Shown here: in pieces, positions 25,142 to 38,199 of the stretch
How positions within the stretch are numbered: position 1 is the first letter of the stretch
Layout: each line of letters begins with the position of its first letter
Assembly (NCBI RefSeq): GCF_006345805.1
Contig: NC_043003.1
Coordinates: forward strand, 47,430,001-47,494,000
Direction of reading: 5' to 3'
Length of the DNA: 64,000 bases
Source of the DNA: Octopus sinensis
Lineage: Eukaryota
The notes under the pieces: generated by a model
What the model saw: only the letters and a program-made list of their open reading frames with translations
Told to the model about the DNA's origin: nothing
Database searches by the model: none
Translations under genes and position numbers: made by a program

Positions 25142-25508
25142 CACTGATGTAGAAGGTTGTTGTTTACTAAAGAACAACCACATCAAATAGACTTACGATC
25201 AAAGGCATTCTGAGGTTGACCACTCAGTCTTGTATGGCCCTAGGCGGACCCTGCTTAAGCAGATCCATGATCAAAGCAGTTGCATCCATGACCACTCAGC
25301 CTTGTACTACATTCTTTGTTATATCCATTTTTTTTAAATGATAGAGTATGATTGGAAGAAGATTCTGCTGTCATTTCTTGCAAGCTGAGTAACCATATAG
25401 GGCAGAGCAGGAGTTGTGACTAGTTCGCTTACATGAGCATTGCCAGTGATGGCCGTAGTGAGGGGGATACATGGCGATACTTTGTAAGATATGTTATTAT
25501 ATCCATGT
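25142..25508. repeat. Copy 2 of the ~366-bp local direct duplication
   Basis: See 21906-22271. Confidence 0.93.
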
Positions 25509-25719
25509 GGGCCATAGCCAAAATGTAAAATAAAAAAGAGTTACTGATCCCTGGTGTGAGAGTAGGGAGATGTTTCGCACTGTCTAGTGCATTGTCTTAC
25601 TGTTCCTTTCTGGGTTCAATTCCCACTGAGGTCCATATTAATTCCTGTTGGGCTTGTTGGTCAAGGAATCAGTCTCTTTAACTGTGAAAGTTTCTTAATG
25701 TATCAAAGAAGTTGCTACA

Positions 25720-26760
25720 CTTACTACTAACCCCAACAACTCTACCACCATCACCATCACTGCCACCTCAATGACGAATCCTCGTTTACCATCACTAATG
25801 TTATTTAGCCAAGAGGGAGTTTCTACATGCTCATTGAAGCTGCTAGAATAAATAGCAAAATCCTCCTCATCTCCTTCCTCAATCACCATTACCTACTGCT
25901 ACTGCTGCCACCACCGCTGCTGCCATGGCTAATGCTACTCCACCATTGCTACTTTTGTCATTGCTATTACTAATACCTCTGGCACCATCACTACCACCAC
26001 CACTACAACTAAATGAAATATTGTTTGTTTGTGATGGTTGGTGTTGGGATGTTGCAAGTTCTAACCACAAATGCAGAAAGTGCAGGCCAGCTGTTTTGTG
26101 CAGCATGTGTGACCTGCACACATGATTTGGTTGTAGGCCCAAAATTCTTCATGCAAAAGTATTGAGTATCATTTAAAGCAACAGTAAGAAAAAAAAGAAA
26201 AGAAAAACAAATAGCAGCATATATTATTATGGCCTATCTATCTGTGACACTGATAAATCTGCACTAATGTCAGCATCAACAGTATTTGGTGTCATTACCA
26301 CTGTCATCATCATCATCGTTATCATAATCATCATTATAGTTATCATCTCAGTTGTCATCATCATCATCATCGTCTTCTTCAGAATTATAGCCATTATTAT
26401 AGCTATCGCTATTGTCATCAACATTATCATAACCATGAACGACATTATTATTATCATTACAGTTATTACCATTATAATCATCACCACTTTGATCACCATT
26501 ACCATAACCATCAGCACCATTGTCAGTATCATTAACATGAGGGCAGCAGGAGCAGGATAGGATCGGGGCAGGGGTGTCATCATCCTCATTGCTAACTTTA
26601 TTACCATCGCTACTACTAGTACCACAACCATCATTGTAACAAACACTGCAACCTCTATCAACATGCCCATCACCACTGTGCTTCAACAAACATCACATTG
26701 CTATCGTCATCATCGCCATCGGCATTCTTTCAATTGCTGCAATCACCATGTTTACCCATT
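25720..26760. repeat. Degenerate (CAT/CAC/TAC)n trinucleotide low-complexity region with a complex island at about 26010-26230
   Basis: Direct reading; gives I/T- and M/V-rich spurious ORFs. Confidence 0.9.
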
Positions 26761-29164
26761 TCACTCCCAATTATATCCTATCTTTAAACTGCGCAGTCAC
26801 TTTCATGAGCGAGCCATTATATTGATAGTTTTCATAAACATAGAGTGAATAGTGAGTGTCGTTGGATAAATCACTACAATCTGATAAACATGTTCCACTT
26901 TCTTTAGTTTTGCTCCTCCCCCTTTGCTTCTTGTTTGAATTTTTTCCCTCTTAAAAGTAACTTAATCAGGAATGATTGATTGATTGGTTAGTTGATTGAT
27001 CAATCGATCACTCAGTTGAAACTGCTTTCCTCATACTTTTTGTCCTTGAATGGGGTTAGTGGTCCTTATTCAGTTTGGTTAGCCCTTCAGCATTCAGATC
27101 ACTCTGTCAAAATATAATGCTTATTTATTCCCATCGTTTTGTTTTAACCATGCATTATCTGTGAGATTTCAATGATGTGATTGTTTATTTTTAGAATGAC
27201 ATTTTAGGGAAGGCGAGAGATACTGGGTCTGGCCAGTTTGAACATAAAGCATGGAAGAATATTTGAGCCAGATGTAGCTAGTTTAAATGCTAAGGAAGAT
27301 GTATGTACATAGATCATTTAAGGAGTGTATATGGAGAGTCAATTTAAATCTTCTGAAATTAACCTGGCCATTACACACATCGCAGCACTCTGTGGACATT
27401 TATATAAAAAATAACACAGCCTTTGATTACTTGTGTCAATTCATTCTAATGGATTTCTTGTGTAATGTATTTGGGTAGTTCTTTATTAAAGTGGCAAATT
27501 AGTAGAGTTGATAGATTGTTGTATAGAGTGTCTTACAGCATTTTTTTGTACTCTAAGGCAGGGAGCTGACAGAAATGTTAGCATGCCAAGCGAAATGCTT
27601 AGTAGTATTTCGTCTCTCTTTACATTCTGAGTTCAAATTCTGCTGAGGTCGACTTTGCCTTTCATCCTTTCAGGGTTGATGAATTAAGTACCAGTTGCAT
27701 ACTGGGGTCGATCTAATTGACTGGTCCCCTCCCCCATAGTTTTTGGGCCTTGTGCCTAGAGTAGAAAAGTATTTGTTCTTACTCTCTTCACTCTATGTTC
27801 AAATCCTGTTAAGGTTAACATTACCTGTCATTCTTTTGGAACTAAAGTAAACAGACCAATCTAAGGTTGTGGATTGGCAGAACTGTTAGAATATCGAATG
27901 AGTTGCTTTTCAGGATCTGTTCCAGCTTTTAGCATTCTGGAGCAATGCCTGTACTAGCATTGTTGCCAAGCTGTATTAGCTCTAAAGTGGTAGCTTTTCC
28001 CTTAGATGAAATTGGTCATACAGGGAGAGGACAATTGCATAGCAACTGCCAGTCTTCTATAATAATAAAAAAAAAACCTAACCCAAGCCTGCACAGATTT
28101 ATAACCAACTTTAACCAAAGCTGGTTCCTATTTGAGTAGTAATACTTAAATCCACATTTCCTCATTTCACATTATTGTTGAAGATTGGTTACCAAGTATG
28201 GAGAAGTTCCCCTTGCTGATTGACATTCTATCTCTCATCTGCAGAAACCAGAATTAGTACTGCCCATATAGACCTTAGTTGTTGGAAAATGTTAACCTTC
28301 AGTGAATCTAATTCATCCATGCTACTAACATATTCATCTTCACCACCACCATCATCATCATTATTAAACTGATTGACAGTACCCACTCACTAAGATGTTA
28401 CAACCACCAATTTCTCTTCTTATCTCTACAGTGTTTAATCTTCTACAAATTTTGTACTAAACATTTGTACCTCCTCTCCAGAATTATGACTCTGGATCTT
28501 CCTTCTTGTCAATAGTTTGTATCTCAAACATTGCCACTTCAAGACCTCATAATTCTCAGAGGTCATGCATTGTCTTTTTTTTTTCTCAGGATAAACAATA
28601 AAAAAAAAAAAAAGAAGAAAAATCCTCACCATTATCATCACATCTGTTCTGTTGTAAATGATTCTAAGTTTGACTTTTCACTTTTCGCTTGTCTTGAAAT
28701 CTGAGTCTGATAATTATGTATGTGGCTCTGCGCTCCAGAGTTAAGAATAAGAGCAAGCATTTGCTGAGAACAAAACCTCACTTGAGAACTTCAACCGCTA
28801 CACCAGGAAGTTATGGCTAAAACAAACTATGAATAAAATAATTAGACCTATCAAATTTTTTTGTATCACTCATCTGTCTGTCTGTCCGTCTGTCCGTCCA
28901 TCATCGTCTAACATCTGCTTTCCATGCTTACATGGGTTGAACGGTTTGACTGAGGACCACCACTCTGGGAGTGTAGTGGGTGCTTTTTATGTGCCACTAG
29001 TACAGGGGCCAGGTAGGCAGCAACTGGCATCAACCATGCTCAAATAGTGCTTTTTACATGCTACTGGCATGGGAGCCAGTCAGGCAGCACTGGCATTGAC
29101 CATGCTTGAATGGTGCTTTTTACATGCCACCAGCATGAGTGCAGTCAGGTGTGTATATATATAT

Positions 29165-29610
29165 ATATCATTTTGTTACCATATTTCTCTTAAAATACAA
29201 TGTTTGTTTCAGTTAGTTTTGGAAATAATGAAGAATTTAGTAAAATAACTTTGTCATTATTAAGTTGGTGTTTGGAACATAAATTAACATTTGTTACGAA
29301 AGGTTTCAATTTAGATCACTTTAACCCTTTAATGTTCAAATTACTCTGACAAATGTAAAGTTTATTTATTAATATTATTTTGAATTAATCATGTGTTATC
29401 TCATAAATTTGAGATTTTGATGATGTTAATTGTCTGTATTTAGAATGACATTGTAGGGTAGGTGAGAAGGACCAGTTCTGGTCAGTTTAAACATAAAACA
29501 GGAGGTATATTTAGGCCAGATATGGCTGGTTTAAATGCTAATGGGTTAAACAGGATGGTTTTAGCATAGAACCAAGTATGGCCTGAGGTGGGTTAATGTC
29601 AAAAGGGTAA
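29165..29610. mobile_element. Nested piggyBac-type MITEs: inner element 29325-29545 (TTAA 29321-24 and 29546-49) inside a relative of the 13441 element
   Basis: ttaa|ccctt...tggg|ttaa; outer shares aagaatttagtaaaataactt with 13501-13522; the inner family is also at about 27083-27296 and 39091-39304. Confidence 0.7.
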
Positions 29611-29792
29611 GATCCTACACTTGGTGTAAAAGTAGATCTAATGTTATAGATTTATCTTTTTATTTTTATTTATTTATTTGTTTGTATGTTGATTTTTTGT
29701 TGATTTTTGAAATTGAGTTGGATGGCAGAAGTTGCAATAATGTAATCAATGTGTTGATGCTCTTTTTTTTTTTTCTCTGTTTCTGTTTTTAG

Positions 29793-29910
29793 CCAAGAAA
29801 GGAATACTTAGAGACAAACGAGAGTTTTGGGGAGTGTTGGAGGTCATTGAAAAATTTGCCCCAGAAGCTGCTGAGATTACAACCAGTGTCAGGGAGATGC
29901 CAAACATCAA
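29793..29910 (+). CDS. RUFY2: RUFY exon B (118 nt, phase 1-2): PKKGILRDKREFWGVLEVIEKFAPEAAEITTSVREMPNIK
   Basis: Long pyrimidine tract + ag at 29791-92, donor gtaagg at 29911; split codons C|CC and AA|A fit both neighbours. Confidence 0.95.
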
Positions 29911-32289
29911 GTAAGGTGCCACTGTGTTCTGTTGTAAAAGGCTTTTCCTTGGTTCATGTGTGGGTCAAGTAGGCTGACAGTTGATACTAACCTCTCATTT
30001 TGCAGTAATTTTTTTTTTCATATTCCATTTCGATAGAGAGACTTCAGAAATATACAAATAGACATGATACTAGGATTACCTCCAGCACACTCAAAACACA
30101 ACGAAGAATATCACAGATAATACACAAGACACTTATGTTATAGTGAAATAATACATTTATGATCAAAGATTACAGAACACACATACATACACACACATAT
30201 GAACACAGTGCATGCAGTAAAGTAGGAGTGTATCTGGATATACCTTAGGTGCATAAAAGGACGAAGGTGAAGTTGAATTTGGCAGAATTTGAAATTAGAG
30301 TGGAAATCACCTTGTTGGATAATCAGCTGCTTTTGGTTGCTCCACTGTTTCTTTTGTTCCAGTACTTTTGGCACTCCACTGTTTCTGCCATTGCTTTAAT
30401 GAAAATGGGAATGATAATAATAAAAGGTCTGGCTGTGTGGTTGAGAAGCTCGCATTGCATGTGGTTTTGGGTTCAGTGCTGCTGTGTGGTATCTTAGGCA
30501 AGTGTCTTCTACTTTGGCTCTGGGCCAACCAATTTGTGAGTGATTTGGCAGACAGAAACTGTGTGGAAACCTGTCGTGTGTGTATGTGTATTTCCATATG
30601 CAAGTGTGTGTCTTTTCTTTATGTTTGCTTCCCTACCATTACTTGACAACCAATGTTGGTTTGTTTACATTCCCATGACTTAGCAGTTGGGCAAAACAGC
30701 CCCCAACAGTAAAAGTTAAAAGATAATATTAATGATGATGATGATGATGTTGATGCTGGCAGTGGACGTTTCATTTTTTGACCACAAGAACCCATAATGT
30801 TGGGGATAGTACTGAAAGGATATACAATATCGGAAGGGGTTTAGATAGATAAGTGGTTAACAGGTGCATTTATGCAGCACAGGCATGAGTGCATATATGT
30901 GACACTGGCACCTAGTATGTATGAGTGATTCTACTTTGCTTGACATGTCTTCCCAAGTACAGCAAATCACCACAACTCTTGGTCCCTTGTCATTTCCTCA
31001 GTGAAACTCAGCATTCAAAGATCCTTTCTCATCACTTTGTCCTACATCTTCCTGGGTCTAGTCCTTCCACAGGTTCCCTCCACAGTTAGAACTTAGCACT
31101 TCTTTATGCAGCTGTCCTTAGGAATCGAAGGGGTCCTTACATAAAAAATAGTTGAGAACCACTGAGACAGAATAACAAAAATGGAAACTAGCAAAAAACA
31201 ATAGATAACAATAAAATGTTGAGAAGAAAGGATCCAAATATGGAAGCAAAAAACACCACCTAAAGTAATTTAGGGAACCTGCATACAAAACCTCAGATTA
31301 CTCTGAACACATCAAAGGCAAAAGTGCTCTCTTATGAGTTTTTTACCATCTATTTATTTTTACGTACTGAAAGTAGGCTCATTTAGCATGGTCAGTTAAT
31401 GCTCTCACCCACCTTTTGTAAAAAAACACTGCAGGTCAGAATTTCCTTCTTTAAAGCACCCACTCACTCTTGGAGTGGTTGGCATTAGGAAGGGCATCCA
31501 GCTGTAGAAACCCTGCCAGATCAGATTGAAACCTGGTGCAGCTCCTCTGCTTACCAGTTTTCAGTCAAACCACCCAATCCATGCCAGCATGGAAAACATG
31601 TTAAATGATGATGATGCCGATGACTTTCGTCTTCCTCTTTAAGTGGTATTTGAAGAAGTTGATGAGATCTCTACTAAAAAAGAGTACTTTTCAGTCACAT
31701 CATTAATAATGATTTTTAGCATCAGCATAAGGCCACATTTATTGGAGAAAGGAACCAAGTGATTAAATCGACCTTCAGTTCTTTTATTTACCAATAGTAG
31801 AATTAAAAGTTACCTGGCCTTTGGTGAAATTTAAACTCATTTCATCTGACCTTGTTTTGTTTCTGCCATCTCACTGTTTTAAAAATATTAAAGAAGCTTA
31901 TGCTAAGAATAGCAGCCAATTCTCCCTTGAATCACACTTTATTGATTTTTAAAAAGAGAGGTGATGCACATTTTGAAAATAATATGTTCATGGCTATATG
32001 TTTAACTTCAGCTCAACTCTGATCAAGTAGATGAGATGGTTGATTATATTGACTCTAGTACTTGACTTTTGTTTATCCCAGAGGGATGAAAGGCAAACTT
32101 GACCATGGCAAGATTGAACTCAGAGCATAAAGATATGGAACATTTACTGCAAGGTATTTTGTCCCAACACTGCCAATTTATTGTCCTGGCTTCTGTGCAG
32201 TATGTGTATGTGAGTGTAAATACATAAACACACACACACACACCCTTTCTCTCTATGTTTCTAACCAGCAGGTGTCAGAGATCATGGGT

Positions 32290-32920
32290 CCCTATACTCT
32301 CCTATGCCGTACACAAACTTTGGCACATTATTAGGCCAGTCTTTCTGAAGCCAGCTGTGAGGCCATCAAGAACCTTCTCTTTGTCTTAATCTCTTTCCTT
32401 TTAGTTTCCTGGTTGTCACTAGCATTTTCTTTATTCTTACAGTGTTCAGTGAGCAGAACCTGTTGTCTCCTTATGTTTTTGAGAAGCTTTCTGGTGGTCT
32501 TTGCTTGTCTAAGGACTTTCATGCTTGTCATTTTATCTACATAGAACACCTTCAGCATTTTTCCAAGGAATTACATCTCTGTAGTGTCGATAAGCTTTTG
32601 CATGTGTTTGCTGATGTTCCAGGTCACACAGCTTTATATAAGGACGGGTTCTATGTATGCCCCTAGGACTCTTTTTCATCACTCTTATTTATGGAGTAAC
32701 AAAACGTGTTTAATCTCATCATAAGCAGCTTTGACTTATACAAAATTTAACTTGATATCTTTGATGTTTTCCAATCTACTAAAATGAGGGTTACCAATAT
32801 ATTTAAAACTATTGATTATCTCCAAGCTGTTCCATAAATTCTTGTTGCAAATTGGCAGTATTTTCTTTGAAATTGTCGTTTTCCCTAATTTTTTACCGTT
32901 AAGACCTAAACTCATTGTTT
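32290..32920 (-). mobile_element. Decayed RTE-clade LINE ORF fragment (post-RT region)
   Basis: SLGLNGKK..FKYIG..KAAY..RVLGAYIEPVLI*SCVTWNISKHMQKLIDTTEM*FLGKMLKV..VLRQAKTTRKLLKNIRRQQ. Confidence 0.8.
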
Positions 32921-32964
32921 AACTCTTATTGTCAATAATACTAATCATTATCTCTCTCTTTCTG

Positions 32965-33007
<43 letters not shown>

Positions 33008-34206
33008 TACACTACTACTACTACAATCCTATTTTAAACTCATTTCATCTTCTGCAATTAGCGTGACCTTCCCCCACCCCAACTTCACCCAGCCTCTGAA
33101 ACAATAAACATAAGGTACCTCTTTACTACCCCTCCTTTATCCCATAAACCCTTCTCTCTGTACCTCTTTCATAAAGGATCATTGAATACAGTGCTTCATT
33201 AGACAGCCAGGTGTTCTTTTAACTCAGTAATGCAATTAAAAACAGTTAATTAAGCTGCGGGGTGATGGAGATGGAGAAGCATTGGGGTTCATATAGTAGG
33301 GATGAGGATAGCAGTGATATAGTAGTAACTGTTGCTTATAGTAATGACGTAAGTGTGGTGGTGGTTGTCGTGGAAGTAGGGTGGTGTTTGTTTGTATAAA
33401 TTAGCAGTGATTAATTAACCAGCGAGCAGGCACAGACTTCAGTGCATGTTTACAACTGTAATTAAGAGATGAGTGAGTAAAGGGGAAAAATCACAGGTGG
33501 TGATGATGCCACTACTGTTGGTTGTTATTGTTATTGTTTAACCTCATGTAAGCTCTTAGTGTGCAGGACTTTTTTCAGACATTCCTGCCATTATCATCTC
33601 ATTTATATTTATACGCAGACAGCTATGTTTTTTTTTTCTTTTATTAGTTAATAGGGTGTAATTTAAGGGAGATTTGATTACTATTTCTAGTAGGGCAAGT
33701 GACCACATAGAGGTTTCTTCATTGGCTCATAGTGGTTAATGTTTGTTGCTATGGTGTTGGCGGCAAGTGGTTTCCATGGATAAGTATATGTTGACAAAAG
33801 AGAGAGAACATTGATGTGAGTGACTGTAGTGGGGGCAGAAGAGTTACTATTCTACTTGGTTGTTGTTCTTGTTTTTGCCTTCCTGAAATCAGCCCTTATC
33901 CAGCAGACTTTTTTTTTCCAAGGCATAATATAGCTGTGGATGTGAGTTGCTATTGTCTGCAGGTTGAACCTTGTCTTGTGGTGAAGTTTTTTAGTTCTAT
34001 TATATAGCCCTTGGTTGGGTCTGATTGAGCAGACCCATGATCAGAGGCATGTAACTGCTTATCTTTTTCCTATGTGCAAAGAATCCAGGGCCATGTGGGG
34101 GTGTAATTTGGGGAGACTTAGCTGCTGTTTGTAGCAGGTGAAGTTGTCACATTGAGACTCCATCTTTGCCTCTAGCCAAGTGACCTGGTGTGATTTAAGG
34201 AGCCAT

Positions 34207-34261
34207 TGTTCTATATAAACCTACCTCTGTCTAGTAGACGGAGGTGGGTTTATATAGAACA
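34207..34261. other. 26-bp stem / 3-nt loop hairpin
   Basis: tgttctatataaacctacctctgtct-agt-agacggaggtgggtttatatagaaca; all pairs Watson-Crick except two G:U. Confidence 0.95.
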
Positions 34262-34357
34262 TACACTCTGATCTGCAATAGTTTATCATTTAGAGTATTA
34301 TGTGTCAACCTAAGTATTCCATAGCTTTCTTTTACATTATTTTTGCATGCCAATAGC

Positions 34358-34762
34358 AGGCACATGCTGCCAGTAATTACTCAGGGTAGGTAGTTGGTGA
34401 CATTTATGTAGTAAAATAAACAAAAAAATAAACGAAACATAGGCAACTGAGTTGTAGGCAGATTTACTTCTGCCTTTATAACATGTAAAGAAAACGTTGT
34501 TGTACGAATGTACGCAGCAAGTGTACTGCAGTAGTCCTATGTGTAGCTTTAATACTGAGATTGAAAGGCAGGCGCAAATTATGTCTACCTAATTTACAAA
34601 GAAATAAAATATTTTGTATTTTATGCAGGGTAATCAGAGTAACCTTCATAATTTTATTGAATTAGGTGCATATTTTGCCATAAAAGGAAAAATGTTACTA
34701 TTGATCTATCTTATTCAGGGTAGGCACTGCCTACCTTGCCTACCCAGGCGGCACATCCCTAG
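34358..34762. mobile_element. Possible hAT-type non-autonomous element
   Basis: Degenerate TIRs caggcacatgctgcc..cagggtagg and cctacccaggcggcacatccctag; no clear TSD. Confidence 0.35.
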
Positions 34763-35477
34763 CCAATAGGTTTTAAAATGATCACAGATAGATCAAGTGA
34801 GTAAGCTAGACTAAATTGGAGCATAACTATAATTGTTCTTTTGTACTTATAGTATATACACATACATACACATATGCACACACATGCATATATATTGAGT
34901 GAAGGTGCGTGGCTTGTGATTAGGATGTTGAACTTACAATCGCAAGATCATTTTCTTGATTTGCCACAGTGCATTGTGTTCTGGAGAAAAAACACTTCAT
35001 TTCACATTGCTTCAGTCCACTCAGTTGCAAATGGGCAAAGCTATGACAAACTAGTGTCCCATTCAAAGGAAGTGTTGGCCTGCTTGCCTAGCCAGTAGGG
35101 TAGCATCATTTGAAAGCTACAACCTATGCAAGGAAACACATTGTGACCAGCAGTGCAGAACAACATCCAGTGATCTGATCAATATAGTGATATATACTAA
35201 TAATATATACATCCCCACACTTTGTTTGGGGTTAGTATATATATTGCTTCTACTGCTATCTTTGTGATCTGTGTTTGTCTTTTTTAAGTGGTCTTAATTG
35301 AGTGAGGGATAGTTGGTGTTGGTGGTGGTAGCATTAGTGATGGTGACAATGTTGGTGGTTGTGACAGTTGTTTTGTTGTTCTTACCCCAGGTTAGCCTTG
35401 ATTGAACAGATCAATACCCAGGATCACATTGTCTGTATTAGAATACCCAAGACTACATTGTCCATTGTGTCCTTCCC

Positions 35478-35770
35478 TTTTTGTGGTATGGTGTTATTTT
35501 GGGGGAGATTTAGCAACTATTTCTAGCAGGATGTGTGACCACATAGAAACTCTTTCGTTTGCTCATTGAGAGATGTTTTCATGACGGTAGAGGTGGTGGC
35601 AGTAGCAGCTGTGGCAATGAGTGGGCCTTCCTTTTTTAAGATGGTATGGTGTTATTTTGGGGGAAATTTGGCTACTATTTCTAGCAGAATGTGTGACCAC
35701 ATAGAAGCTCCTTCATGTAGAGATGTTTTGATGATGGAGGTGGTGGCAGTGGCGGCAATGACAATGAGTA
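35478..35770. repeat. Older tandem duplication (period about 160 bp) of a family E end plus flank
   Basis: ggtatggtgttatttt..ctatttctagcag..gaccacatagaa..gagatgtttt..ggtggtggcagt occurs twice. Confidence 0.8.
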
Positions 35771-36430
35771 GTTTTTGTGTTGTATAATGTTTCATGTGGA
35801 AGGAGTTGAATGTTGGATGTCAGTCTATGATGGATGATGCTTTGGTGAGTGGAAGGAGATAGTATGAGGATGAAAGATTAGTCTTCTGGACCTATTATAT
35901 GCCCTAAGGTACTACTTGGGTGTAATTTAACTATGTTTTCCTACAAATTCCCCTGTCTATCACTGCCTCAGCTATCCCCAACATCAATTTTCAGAGCACT
36001 AACGCGTTGATGCAAGCTGTTCACTTTCACATTCTGTGTGTGTGAGAGAGAGTAAGAGAGAATTAAAAGTAGGGAGATATTGTTAATATTCAAGACCTAA
36101 AGGCTGTAAGAGGCCTTAAACACATCACTCTGAGTTGACAAAGTACTTAGGGGTGTTTTATAGTATTTCTCTAGCTGCTTGTATTATCTCTCCTGTGGTA
36201 CCTGCATATAACTGGATACACTGGACTGTTGACATCTTAAGTATCTCATTAATGGAGATAATGCAGTACTGATGACAAGATGGAAATTAAGTGTTATGTT
36301 CAGATGTGAGAGAGTGAAGATGGTTGGAGTAGAGGTAAGGGAATCAGAAACAGATCAAACAAAACAGGAATGAAGTGTGGCAGTCATGCTTATTTGAGTG
36401 AGGTCTCACTTTCTCAACTCTATTATCTTC

Positions 36431-36730
36431 TACTCAACTTCGCTATCCTCTACTCAACTTTGCTATCCTCTACTCAACTTCGCTATCCTCCACTCAACTT
36501 CGCTATCCTCCACTCAACTTTGCTATCCTCCACTCGACTTTGCTATCCTCCACTCGACTTTGCTATCCTCCACTCCACTTCGCTATCCTCCACTCCACTT
36601 CGCTATCCTCCACTCAACTTCGCTATCCTCCACTCAACTTCGCTATCCTCCACTCAACTTCGCTATCCTCCACTCAACTTCGCTATCCTCCACTCAACTT
36701 CGCTATCCTCCACTCAACTTCGCTATCCTC
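36431..36730. repeat. 20-bp minisatellite, 15 complete copies (cactcaacttcgctatcctc), with degenerate flanks about 36400-36990
   Basis: Counted directly. Confidence 0.97.
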
Positions 36731-37784
36731 CACTCACCTCCACTACCTTTCACTCGACTTCATTACCCTCTGCCATCCTCTGTTCATCTCTCTTGCATTC
36801 TGTTCATCTCAACTACCCTCTACTCAATTCCATTGTTCTCTCTTTCACTCAGCAATCTCTCCTCAACTCTACACCCCTTAACTCAATAACCCTCCACTCA
36901 ACTCAACAATCCTCTACTTACTTTGTCAGCATTCTGCTTAAACCAGTAATCCTCTACTCAACTCCAACTTATCATCCTCACTCATCAACTTAATCAAAGC
37001 CATGCAAATGTTATATCTACAATTCAGAAATAAAACACAGTTAAACTATGTGCAAAAAATGAAACCTGTTTGAAGCAACTGCATAGATGATAAGCATTTG
37101 ATAAATGGATCGTATATTAGCACTATGTCAACTGTGCTACATTTCTAAAGTTTAAAAATAAGACAGAGAATAGTATTAAAAAAAAAAGCATAAGGTTCTC
37201 AAATTATCTTAATTTCAGTATTTTTTTTATGTCATAAATATATTTACAGACAGTGAACATTGATAAATTAGCAGCGATATTAGTTGAAACTATAATTTTT
37301 CCTTTATTATTTCTAGTTGACTTTTTACTGTTCCCTGTATGAATTATGTTAGCACTAAATTGGTTATCTTTCATTTAGATGTCATCACTGAATTATTTAT
37401 TCTCTAAGCAATTCTATTTTACTCCCATCCAATACACAATCACTTACTGATTCACTCATCTCTATTTTGGAAAAATATGATTGAAGGCTATATTTCATTA
37501 ATGAGGTCAGAATAAGACCAAATCATATCTAGAGTTGTCTCCCCTCCTTGCTCTCCCAAAATGGCTCATGTCGTTAATGACATTCGTCATTGACATATAT
37601 TTGGGTTTTATCCCTTTCCACATAATATTGTTCTAGTTATTGTTTTACTACTCTCATAAAATATGTTAAAACTAGCTTTTCATGCTGATAGGGTCACTGA
37701 ATTAAGTAATCTCTGTCAAAAGCTCTGAGCTAACTTTTGCCCATGTCCACTTTTGCCTCAAGTATTCTCTTGCCAAGTCGAAGA

Positions 37785-38199
37785 TTACTCTTTACTCTTA
37801 CTCTTTTTACTCTTTTACTTGTTTCAGTCATTTGACTGCAGCCATGCTGGAGCACTGCCTTTAGTCGAGCAAATCGACCCCAGGACTTATTCTTTGGAAG
37901 CCTAGTACTTATTCTATCGCTCTCTTTTGGCGAACCGCTAAGTTACGGGGATGTAAACACACCAGCATCGGTTGTCAAGCAATGTTGGGGGACAAACACA
38001 GACACACAAGCATATACACAACACATATATATACATATATACGGCGGGCTTCTTTCAGTTTCCGTCTACCAAATCCACTCACAAGGTTTTGGTCGGCCCG
38101 AGGCTATAGTAGTAGACATTTGCCCAAAGTGCCACGCAGTGGGAATGAACCCGGAACCATGTGGTTGGTAAGCAAGCTACTTACCACACAGCCACTCCT
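37785..38199 (-). mobile_element. Young full-length SINE family C with (GAGTAAAA)-like tail
   Basis: CpGs retained; A/B-box-like head tggctgtgtgg / gggttcattccc on the minus strand; a diverged + copy follows at 38361-38698. Confidence 0.9.

Noticed and set aside
21906-25508. LTR retrotransposon bounded by the 366-bp repeats
   Set aside because: Identity extends beyond TG..CA; no TSD, PBS or PPT; interior is SINEs and low complexity with no gag/pol
26227-26689. M/V-, I/T- and D/N-rich ORFs
   Set aside because: (CAT)n low complexity
36370-36993. 207-aa ORF, or CRISPR-like array
   Set aside because: Head-to-tail 20-mers with no spacers; the ORF is open only because the unit lacks stop codons; no cas genes and a eukaryotic context
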